64,000 nt of DNA, taken from assembly GCA_013265495.1 (NCBI GenBank), contig MU057880.1, forward strand, positions 2,014,527 through 2,078,526, in the 5' to 3' direction. The translations under genes and the position numbers were made by a program. The notes under the pieces are model-generated. The model was not told where the DNA came from. It worked only from the letters and a program-made list of their open reading frames with translations, and did no database searches. Numbering within the stretch: the stretch's first letter is position 1; each line of letters begins with the position of its first letter. Positions 13,370 through 24,074 of the stretch are shown in pieces. This stretch comes from Vicugna vicugna (taxonomy: Eukaryota).

Positions 13370-14728
13370 AACAATATTCAAACACATTTTATTATTGAAT
13401 TGACCACACAAACTCTCAGCTGCAACAAAACTCTCCAAAGGATGTACATATTCTCACATGGCGTCATGTTCGTGTTAGGTGGATTACAGAGTCTTGCTAT
13501 CAGCTATGGCGACCCGGGAGTGTCAGAGACCAGAAAGTATCTATTTTAAAGTTGGAACAAGATCAAAGCAAGGAAATCTAAGCAATCTAGACTTTTAGCA
13601 AGAAAGAAAATACAAGAAGAAGAGAGGCTTAACATAAAGTAATTACTTACTTAATCCTTAAATGTTTTGTAGCAAAATCAAAAGCTATTCAAATAAGAAA
13701 AAAAGAAATTCAGAAAAAAAATTTAATTTTACTTTGAAATACGTAAGCATTTTAATAAAATAAAGAAGTTAAAATCCTTTAATTACTATGAATTTTCCTT
13801 CCCAAACCCAAGTTACTTCTAGTAATAAGGTATTTTCCTCTTGGTTTCTTAACAGTGGTGTGAAATCACATACCCACTACTATATTCCGATTTAAAATAT
13901 TTATGACTCTTTTTAAGGCACAATGATTTTGTATACTCTGTATCAACAAAATAAAATCCACGAAAATATATTTAGGTTTTAAAGTAGAATTTCTTTTATC
14001 AGAAATATTTAATCAATATATCTATCCTTTAGTTTTATTTTATCAGAGACCAGAATTCAGCACGAATTTAGGTGCATCTAGATTTCCTTTTGTTTCAAAA
14101 ACGCTTACTGTGTTTTATTCCCTGGCATTTTGACAATACAGGCAGACTTTAAAATGAGCTGATTTTTTACAAATTAGTACATCTTTGAACTTTATTTCTC
14201 CACAGAGCTTGCATAATTATAGCTGATATATTTCTACTTATAAATTTAAATGATATGTAATATAATTCTGCTTTATCTGTGATAATACCATCTAAAATTA
14301 TACAAGAATAAGATGGCTTTCTCTGCAAGTTACAAGGAGGGGAGTTTGCAACACGTACATTAGAATGGCGATCAGATCATGACAGGGTTCAGCGAGCACA
14401 GAATTACTATCAGAATTATCAGAAGTATCTGCAATTCACACTAACTGGAGAGAAACGTTTGGATTTTGGTTTATGTGGTACACTTGTCCTTCATTGGTTC
14501 CTAAAGCGACACGTTTGCTTTACATAAATACATCATGATTAGAGCACAGACGTAACGAGATCATGCTGCCATTCCAAATTAAGGAGCCACGTTTCTATGA
14601 CAACCGATGGCGTCCAAGATGCAGTGTATTGCTGTGAAGATGCAAACAATCGTCCGCAGGCTGGCCTTGATGGACGAGGCTGGTCACGATGCGATGGGCT
14701 CTTACTTAGCATGAATGGAAAAGGTTTA
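13370..14728 (-). other. GLRB: GLRB 3'UTR (distal end approximate)
   Basis: Follows the stop codon, has no recognisable repeats, is AU-rich distally, and ends near a candidate AATAAA. Confidence 0.6.
13388..13393 (-). terminator. Candidate polyadenylation signal AATAAA for GLRB
   Basis: tttatt on + is AATAAA on -, followed by GT-rich atgtgtttgaatattgtttgtg. Other AATAAA hexamers occur near 14034 and 14114, so the site used is not certain. Confidence 0.5.
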
Positions 14729-15025
14729 TCATAAATATATCGACCAGTAGATCACGTTGAAGAACAGGAAGCAGAAAGGAAACAGCGCTCTGGCATAAAG
14801 ATCGATGCGCTTGGCGGCTGTCGGGATGACGGGTTTGGCGGGAGGCGGCTTCTTGGTGTTCTTGTCCTGAGATCGCCCGAGGCCGTTGTTGACTTCAATG
14901 GGCTTCCCGTAGCAGTCGTAATTGGACAGCTCAAAATCTCTCGGTAAGCTGCCCACGATGCTGAAGTCATTAGATCTCAGGTCAGACTTGGAGGTACACA
15001 CCTTCTTGCATCTGGTCTCTCCAAC
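14729..15025 (-). CDS. GLRB: Glycine receptor beta subunit, exon 10 coding part (297 nt incl. TGA; gephyrin-binding loop, TM4)
   Basis: [34 protein letters not shown]...KKPPPAKP...[26 protein letters not shown]. Gephyrin-binding core [13 protein letters not shown] at 14965-14927. ctcag| acceptor. TGA is followed by TAA. Confidence 0.98.
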   Translation of the reverse strand, partial: VGETRCKKVCTSKSDLRSNDFSIVGSLPRDFELSNYDCYGKPIEVNNGLGRSQDKNTKKPPPAKPVIPTAAKRIDLYARALFPFCFLFFNVIYWSIYL

Positions 15026-17179
15026 CTGAGGATAAAAGGGAAAGACGGGGGTATTCAGAATTTTTCTATGTAGAAGACGTTTTCAAAAAGATACTTTAAA
15101 AAATCAGATGGCTTAATCCGTTGACTATGATCTCTTTTGGTTAAACAGAAATTCTAGTCAACTGATTAAACCAGGAGGTGACCTGAACATGGAGGGTTCT
15201 ACCGTGTTGTGTACATAACAAGGTTTATGTCGTGGAATAAACTTTCAGTAGGTTATTTTATGATAAGAGATCAAAGCACAAATCACCAGTTATCTTAGGT
15301 ACTCCCAGGCTCGTGAGAGTTCTCAGTTGAAAGAATGAGTGATAAATAAAAACCCATCTTTAACCACAAACAGCACAGCTCATCTCAGTACAATATATGA
15401 ATTACAAAAATCTTCTGGTACTTCTAATCTTTGACTTCCCCATGGATCCTACTTCCAAACCAGATGGTTTATAGAAGACTGAGGCATTTGTCACATCAGT
15501 GAGACAGTGTGTCCCTAAATTACACTCACAAATAAGAACTGAACATGGTCACCATTACCATGAACAAAAGATTCACTAGTGAAAGGCATTTCTCCCTTGT
15601 TGACTAAAGACGAATTACACAGAGACTCCAAATGCAGAGAATCCAAAGGAACTGTGTATATTTCAGCTGGATCATATGCTACACAGATTATTTGGCTGAG
15701 AAACTCGTAATTATTAAATCTGACTCCATTTCCTATAATATATCAAATAATTATTTCACAATGAACTCTTCCTGGCAATCTGAAGAGATCTTGGAAAAGA
15801 TGGAGGTATAGGCTGACCTATGGTTTAAGGGCACTGACGTCAGGAAAGGCCACAGAAGGACGAAACTGTGACCCAACTGCATAATATTCCACTGATCTCT
15901 CTCCTGACCTCTGGTGTTCACCTTGGGAATCTTCACTATTAATATCTCCTGTTTTTACCAAAAAAGGGAAACACATCATTGTACACGATTAGCACACAGT
16001 GGTTACTCCGGCCTTTGCCTTATTAGTAAGATGCGCTGACTAGTTACACGAATTCTATTGTCATTGACTAGATGAGGGCTGGGTAAAGATTACACTTAAG
16101 GTAAAAAGTAAAACTGATTCTTCCCCAGTAGTATGTCAGGTACCAGCAGGCCGTCCTTGACCTGAACAAACACTGAGGTATATTTTCTTGCCAAGAGCTG
16201 GGCGGCAGCCTTCAGAAGTGGGGAGCAGAGAAACCAAGAGACACCGGGTGAAAAAACAAGTTAAAATGCATTTACACGTTCTCTCAGGGTTTTGATTTTA
16301 TTAAAACCTCTTCTATAAAGGTATTTGAAGACTGTTATCTTTGAAATGAGTTGTGTGTGTGTCCTGGTGGCGAGCGCCTGTTACAGGAGTCACTTTTAAT
16401 GATGGGACAGCTCTGAATGAGGGATAAAACTGGGTTCCCTATGGAGAAGCCCTCAGGCTCTTTAAACAGCTCCTCATTCCTTCCCTAGTTCACTGCTCCC
16501 ACCTTCTCCCGCTCAGCAGAGACTTCACACAAACACAGCTTTCCTCTTCAGTTAATGCCCTCTGCACATAATTATCAAATCAAGTATGTACACAAGCGGA
16601 CAAAAGTGTTTACAGTATAAATACTGTTTTAAACAATTGTACCATCACATCAAGAGGGATCAAATGAACTAGTTATCAACAAGACAGCACCCCCGCGTAA
16701 CACAGTCTTACAGCGGTCTTGCTTCTATTAGTCTCCAATCTATAATTTCCCCATTTTTCCTCACATGAATATGTGTCTCTCATTTACTTTCATCATGTAA
16801 ACGTGTCACTTCTGAAAATGACTGGTAGCAAAAACCGGGTATTATGATAATGAAACTGTCAGGAATAAAAATTAATGATGCGGACAGAACTTCCTAAGGC
16901 TCCAGACCATAGCCAGGGAGATTTGCTTCGTGGTCCTTTTCGGTCCGAATCTGCACACGTTTAAAAGCCAACCACCGCACACAGTATTTCTTAACCGGAA
17001 GACGCAGGCATGGTTTCATACGGATAACTGCATCTTCCACAGATGATACAAATGTGTTCACAGGGAAATTTCCTTTATGTATTTTACCAAATTTAAATCA
17101 ATCCTTATTTTAAAAAATATATCATTACTGTAAAGAAACAACTCTCCCATTCGTGCTGCATGTACAGCAGCTTTGATGT

Positions 17180-17327
17180 TTTCAGTTTTGTTTTTTGTTT
17201 TTCTTTGGAGGGGGCGGAATTAGGTTTATGTACGTATATATACAAATTTAATGGAGATACTGAGGACTGAACCCAGGACCTCGTGCATGCTAAGCTCATG
17301 CTTTACCACTGAGCTCTACCCTCCCCC
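17180..17327 (-). mobile_element. tRNA-Ala-derived SINE (camelid vic-1-like) with TSD
   Basis: Minus strand GGGGAGGGTAGAGCTCAGTGGTAAAGCATGAGCTTAGCATGCACGAGGTCCTGGGTTCAGTCCTCAGTATCTCC plus A-rich tail. 12-bp TSD cagctttgatgt at 17168-17179 and 17328-17339. Confidence 0.9.
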
Positions 17328-17940
17328 CAGCTTTGATGTCTTAATTGATTCACATCCATAGACATATTCTACCTTCTATTCACAGCAACACCTTTGCTGT
17401 GAACACACCTGGCACATGCTTGGAGCTGGGAACACGATGTTATTAGCAATAGTAGGTCCTCAACTCTTCTTATTGAATAAAAAAAGAAATATATGAGTGA
17501 ACAAGCAAATTACTGCCCAGTTCTTCAACTACTCACCCTGGGCTGGACAAACCCCAAACGCGGGCACAGCTCCCTACCGGCCAGGCATCCAGTAAATCGG
17601 GAGACTGCCTGCCGTGTGCTGTGTGAAGCCCTCCCTCTTGAGGGGAACAGGTGCGAGACTGAACCAAGAGCATGGGCTCAGCCTTCCGGGCCCCCCAGCA
17701 GCGCCCTGGCCCCCTGCTGGGCTTGTCAGGTGAGAGACAGCAGGAAAGTCTTCCGCAAGACCTCCACACTCAGGGGTGACCATCAGAGCAGAGGTGCGGC
17801 CTTAAACTCCACGCCGAGTCCTCCAGAAATTAGATAAGGTGTTGATTTCCTTTTTGTTAATTACAGTGGGCCCTAAGCTTTCTGCTCTCCTCCAGAAAGT
17901 CTGTTGCGCTCACTCCCTTTTCATCCGGGAGAGACAAACG

Positions 17941-18340
17941 AGTACCGATCCCACGACACCGGCACCCCGACAGGATGCAGCCGGGGCGGGGGTGGGGGGC
18001 GCGGAAGTCGCTCCGCCGCCGGCGAGGTCGCGCTCACCTGCAGGGTGCTGATGTGAACGGGGGTGCCCGTGCCGTTCACCGTGTTCTTCTTCGCCGCGGT
18101 GCCCCCCTTCCCATTCGCCTGCTCGGCCTTGGCAATTCTGGCCTTTTCTGCTTCAACGCGTTTAGGGTTGTTCAGCATCACCTGCACCACCGCGTACTCC
18201 ACCAGGGACGCAAAGCCGAAGAGCAGGCAGGCGATGAGCCACACGTCCAGCGCCTTCACGTAGGACACCTTGGGGAGCTCGGCCGCCAGCGTGGTGCACT
18301 CGGAGGCCAAGCTGAGGACCGAGAAGATTCCTGCGGGGAC
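17941..18340. promoter_or_regulatory. Intragenic CpG-island-like patch over exon 9 and its donor flank
   Basis: About 40 CpG in 400 bp by hand count, in an otherwise AT-rich gene. GC box GGGGCGGGG at 17983-17991. Confidence 0.6.
18038..18330 (-). CDS. GLRB: Glycine receptor beta subunit, exon 9 (293 nt; TM2, TM3, start of intracellular loop)
   Basis: [98 protein letters not shown], with the beta-type TM2. ccgcag| acceptor, |gtgagc donor. Confidence 0.98.
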
Positions 18341-19349
18341 ACAGCAGGAATTCAAGCTGCTTTTTTCTCCCTCGTGAAATGCTGTGTCATCATTTACTCT
18401 CGGATGAACGCCCTTCCCAGGAGCTCCCAACGTCCCTCGGGCCCCTTTAAAGCTCAAAGAGTAGAAGAAACCCCACGTACGCACTTTCTATGTAAGGGTT
18501 ACTGAATGTGGGTGGGGACGTTTGTAAACACTGAACGTTTAAAAAATAAATAGAAATTAAAGCCAACCTGTAAACACATAATTTGGATCTTGTTTAAATA
18601 CTACAGATGTCTAAAACCATTCCATTGTACCTCTGAGGAAGCCACAATGCTCTCTAATTGAACAGGTTATTTCACTTTTCAGCTTTATTACAGACAGTTA
18701 TAGAGCTCAATTTTACCCCCAAAACAACTAAATCAGAACAAGAATAGAACATTTCGTGCAATTTTTGGTAAGATTCAAAATTAAAAAAAAAAATAGAGAA
18801 GGCAAAGTTGAGAACATCTCTGATTATTTCAGGGAAACAAATGATTCCAGCTTTTCAAGGAAAGAATGCAATTCTGCTCTATGTAATATTAACCATATAT
18901 GGGAGGCTAATAGTTATATATCAATTTAAGTCAAATAATTGTAAAATCTCGAAAGAGAATTGCAATAATTCCTGTCCCTCTTTCTCTTCCTTCCCACATG
19001 TGTTCAGATGGGGTGTGGACACAGGACCCATGGGCACGGAGAACCACGACACACTGGGCCAGGACTCATGCTGGGTCGGGGAAGCCTCCCTCTCAGTCAA
19101 CTGGGAGCAGGTCTGCCTTGACCCTGGAGTCCATTTCACCAATGGGGCCACATGCACGTTTTTTCCTCTTAGATACGACCACTTCTGAGAATGAAAACGT
19201 TATCCTGGTAATGAAACATGGGCCTGGCTCTTTGCCCTGGCATTGGGAAGACCAGAAGCACTATATGAGTATCAATTATCAGTGAGGATGTTGAAAAAAT
19301 ACACATTCCATCAGCTGCACCATTTCAGAGGCTTCTAAAAGGTGTGGAG

Positions 19350-19517
19350 TTTTTTCTTAATTTTTAAATTTTTTTTATGGAAATGTAGTTGATTCATAGT
19401 GGTAGTTTCAGGTGTACAGCAAAGTGATTTGGTTACACACATATGTACATATATTTTTTTTCTTTTTAGGGAACTCTATCAATACCTTGTAATGACATAT
19501 AATGGAAAAGAATCTGA
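19350..19517 (-). mobile_element. Short L1 3' end with 5' inversion
   Basis: 19350-19467 is the L1 tail on minus; 19468-19517 is the immediately upstream L1 segment on plus. Confidence 0.75.
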
Positions 19518-20054
19518 GCAAATAGTATTTCTTTGGACAAATATTTTAGCTTTATCTTCAGACAGCCTTCAAATAGGATTACTTTACTGTTAAGTAACTT
19601 CACTGTGAAATTCTGCCTGAATTTTACTAAATTATAAACCAATAAAGAAATGTGAAACCCATCATTCATAAAAATGTGGATTTTTGTAATTTTAATATTG
19701 TGTTCTTACTAAATTATCCCCATTTAATGGAGCTCCCTCTCTTATAAATTCCAGGACTTCTTGGTATAATATTTTAAAAACATGTTTAAAATATCTAGTC
19801 CTTATTTGTCAGAAATTTCCCTCCCTAGTGCAAAAATAAATCAAGTCTAGATATCAAATCAGGGAATATGTCATAAAAGTGATACCAACTCTGATAAATA
19901 GATGTGGGGTCTACATCTTTTGAAAGTCAAAACTAACAAATAATATAGAGTATTAATAAATTAGTTACATAAAGAAGTTAACCTGAATGAAAACCTCTAT
20001 AAACAAGTCAGGATGAAGGATAAAGTCATTTAGCTCATCAATATGCAGGAAGAA

Positions 20055-20209
20055 GGTAACTGTATTCAATATCTTGTAGTACTGATAATGGAAAAATATG
20101 AAATAGAATATATATATTTATATATATACATATAAAACAGAATCACTTTGCTGTACACTGGAAACTAACACAACCTTGTAAATCAATTCTAATTCAATTT
20201 AAAAAAAGA
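20055..20209 (+). mobile_element. 5'-truncated L1 tail
   Basis: tattcaatatcttgtag...aatcactttgctgtacactggaaactaacacaac. TSD atgcagg/aaagaa at 20043-20054 and 20210-20221 (1 mismatch). Confidence 0.8.
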
Positions 20210-20785
20210 ATGCAGAAAGAATTTTATAGTGATGAAATGCTTACTTAAGGGAGCGTTATTTACAGCAACTCAAAGACTGACTACGGGATATCCAGAGACT
20301 TCTTGCCCAGCCAATCTTAGAGTAAACATCAGAAAAATAATTCCTTACTAGCACACACACTCGTAATGTATTGACTGAAAGAGGAATACCAAAAACTAGA
20401 AAAAGGAAAGGAAGAAAAAGAGGGTGAAAAATGGAAAGAAAAAGAGAGGAAAGGTAGAGATAGTATTTGTTACCAACGAAATTGAACCAACAGAGTAAGT
20501 CAAGGAGAAATTGTGGATATACCAACTACTCCCTAAACCCCAAATCATTTTTATCCCCTAGAGAGATGAACTACATTATTCACCAAATTGGTACATATGG
20601 AGTTGTGATTAATAACATGAAAATTCATCTAGAAACGCTGCTAAATTATATCAGCATGTTATTATTCCTCAACATTTTAATCAAACGATACTAAAAGGAA
20701 AACTACTATTACTATCAGGTGGGAATCCAAAAATACTTTTGGACATTTTTGAAAAAGATCCTTATGATCAAAAAGATCTTGAACC

Positions 20786-21397
20786 TACACGCACCCTAGT
20801 GTTCGCAGCAGCACTATTTACAATAGCGAAGACATGGAAGCAACCTAAATGTCCATCAACAGATGACTGGATAAAGAAATTGTAGTGTATTTATATAATG
20901 GAATACTACTCAGCCATAAAAAAGAATAAAATAATGCCATTTGCAGCAACATGGATGGACCTGGAGATTGTCATACTAAGTGAAGTTAACCCAGAAGAGA
21001 AAGAAAAATACCATATGAGATCACTTATATGTGGAATCTAAAAAAAAAGGCACAAATGAACTTATTTACAAAATAGAAACAAGACTCACAGACATAGAAA
21101 ACAAACTTATGGTTACCAGAGGGAACAGTAGGGGGAGGGATAAATTAGAAGCTTGGGATTAGCAGATACTAACTACTGTATATAAAATAGGTAAACAACA
21201 AGGACCTACTGTGTAGCACAGGGAACTATATTCAATATCTTGTAATGGCCTATAATGGAAAAGAATATGAAAATGAATATATATATGTATAACTGAATCA
21301 CTGTGCTGTACACCAGAAATAACAGATTGTAAATCGACTACACTTCAATTAAAAAAATTTAAATTAAAAAAAAACCCATTTCTTTAGAAAAAAAAAA
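20786..21397 (+). mobile_element. 5'-truncated L1 (ORF2 C-terminus plus 3'UTR plus A-tail) with TSD
   Basis: gcagcactatttacaatagcgaagacatggaagcaacctaaatgtccatc...gcagcaacatggatggacctggag. TSD atcttgaacc at 20776-20785 and 21398-21407. Confidence 0.92.
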
Positions 21398-21989
21398 ATC
21401 TTGAACCACTGCTCCAGATGGTAAGAAAAGATCAGAGTAAGAAAGGTATCATGTGTGGCCTCTACAGGTCTGAACAGTGACCTGAATTATTCATCTTTTT
21501 TTCATTTATAATTTAAAAGTGTTTGTTTAAAAAAAATCCCTTTCAGCAGCACTTAAAGTATTTTATGTAACAGGAAAAGGGTGTTAGAGTGAAGTTTACT
21601 TACGGTAAAAAGTACCAAAAGTTACTTCCATACGTAAAGAAATAGCTGAAGTCAGAGTCTATGGAAAATTCATAGATGAAGCTCTGATGTTTGTTAACAA
21701 TGGAAACAATCAATCAAAAAAAAAGATGGGAAGGAAAACAAAACTAGAACACAAAACTAATATTTTGGAAAGTGAAATGAGTTCAGGGTAAATGATACAG
21801 GTTTTTCTCCTAAATTTTAGAAAATAAAAATTATGGGCATAATCCGAAGAGATTGGCAAATTGATTTGCATAATCTTCCGGAACAATGTAGGGGGAAAAA
21901 GTAGAAAAAAGGAAAGATATTTTGGGTTAAAAGAGTTGTATCCACTGAATATCCTGAAATTTAATCTAAGTCAGTAATATGATTTTTTA

Positions 21990-23350
21990 GGTAAAATTAT
22001 AAATATGTATGTGTCTAATAACAGAGCTTCAAAATACCTAAAGCATAATTCCATAATCCAAGTTGGACATTTTAACACTCTCTGATCAATAACTATAAAC
22101 CAGACAAAAGACTTAAAAGATTTCAACAGGACTGTCAATCAACTTGACTCCACTAATATTTAAACATTACACCCCACAATGCCTGATACACATTTCAAGG
22201 GGACACGGTAATGTTGCCAGGAGGCATGTGCTGGGCTGGGCCATTCAAAATGTCTCAGTAAATATAAAAGGACTGAAATCATAGAGTATGTTCCCTGACA
22301 AAATTTAAAAAAAAACATATTCAAGTACTTAAGAAAACCCTAAATATTTGGAAACCTAACTACACGTATCTAAAGAATGCATGGACCAAACAAGAAATCA
22401 CAAGGGAAACGAGAAAATATTTCTTAATGGAAAAAGATGAAAACGCACTATATCAATATGTGTGCACTGCAGCTAAAGCAGGACTTACAAGGGAAATTTG
22501 TAATTTAAATGCTCACAGTAGAAAAGAAGAAAGACCTAAAATCAACTACATAAGTTTCACTTTAAATACCAAAAGGATATCAAATAATATCCAAACTAAG
22601 TAAAAAAAAAATAAAGAGCTAAAAGTCAGTGGAAAAAAATAGAGAAAACGAATGAAATCAAGCTGATGTTTTGAAAATACAGAGAAAATGGGTAAGTCTT
22701 TAGCTAGTGTTCAAAAAAATTCACAATTTAACAATATCACAAACATGTATGAATGATCACTACAGTGAGACATTAAAAGGAAAAGCAAATATTATGAGCA
22801 ATTTTGTGCTAGTAATTTTCCCAACTTATCTAACATCTAGAAATCAATCAACCCTCCTCAGTCTTACCAAGAGATCGACAAAAATCTAGAGCTGCTATTA
22901 TACCGAACAGTGAATGTTTCAATTAGAATCAGTAATAAGCATCTCTTACAATTCTACTCAACACTGAACTTGAGGTCCTAGCCACTACATTAAGTCAAAA
23001 AACTTAGGTGTTGGGGAGCACGTGAAACAAGTGGTAGGAATGCAAAATGGCACCATTATTCTGATAGAACCATGGTAGTATTTTTATAGAAGTAAAATAC
23101 ATTTTGCCATAAAATCCAGAAATCTCATTCCTAGGTATTAACCCAAGAGTAATGAAAACGTATGTCCACACGGAGACTTGTACAATTATTCACAGCAACG
23201 TATATAATACAGCCAAACTGAAAACAACCCAAATCTCCAACAATTGTTTAAAGGAAAAACAAGCTGGTGTATCCATACTAGGACACAGTGCTCAGTAATG
23301 AGACAGCACCAAATATTAACACAAGCAACGACATGGATAAGTCTCCAAAG
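21990..23350 (+). mobile_element. Old L1 ORF2/3' fragments (L1M-type)
   Basis: aatatgtatgtgtctaataacagagcttcaaaatac, gcactgcagctaaagcaggac, ctcattcctaggtattaacccaagagtaatgaaaacgtatgtccacac. Confidence 0.7.
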
Positions 23351-23674
23351 GGTAAATACGTCCCTATCCTCTAGTTTTCTCTTTATGAGTGTGGCGAGAC
23401 ATGAACATGCCAACGTGTTGACGGATCTCATTCTACATTTATGATCACTGACCTTAAGAAGTCCATGACCCTACAGTCAGAGTGTATTTCTTGGTCCATG
23501 CACCACTTTTTCTCTCTCCAAACCACAACACTCTACCCCACCACACCTGCAACTCATGACCTTGCTTCCTGTTTTATTAAGAAAGCAAAATCAATTACAA
23601 GCCCCACCCGGACATCTATCCACTGCTCTCTGTATGTGCCTACACACTCTGACTTCGGTCCTGATGCTACAGAC

Positions 23675-23877
23675 CAGGGGTCAGTCAACTCGATGCACAG
23701 GGCAAGTCAGACCCAGCACTGATTTTTATAAATAAAGTTTTGCTGGGTCATGGCCACATCTATTCAGTATGTCTTGTCCAAGGCTGCTTTAGTGCTACAA
23801 AAGCAGATTTAGGGATTTCAACATAAAGCTAAATATTGACTACCCTGTATGTGACAGAAGGCATTTGCTGACCGCTG
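23675..23877 (+). mobile_element. hAT-Charlie MITE (MER58A-like)
   Basis: Terminal inverted repeats caggggtcag... and ...ttgctgaccgctg, with internal tttttataaataaagttttgctgg. Confidence 0.7.
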
Positions 23878-24074
23878 GAACAAATCACACTGTTCTAAAT
23901 AGAGAACCAAAAATAAACATGTCATGATTTTGTCCACCTTACAAAACAAAAGGAAGATGCGAATACAATAATCGTGGGAGAACTTAACACCCCACTGACA
24001 TCACTGAACAGGTCTTCCAGACAGAAAAATCAATAAGGCAACCGAGACCCTAAATGACACAACGGGTCAGACTC

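Noticed and set aside
17975..18505. 176-aa plus-strand ORF antisense to exon 9
   Set aside because: Expected shadow of a GC3-saturated exon, which depletes antisense stops. No recognisable protein features.
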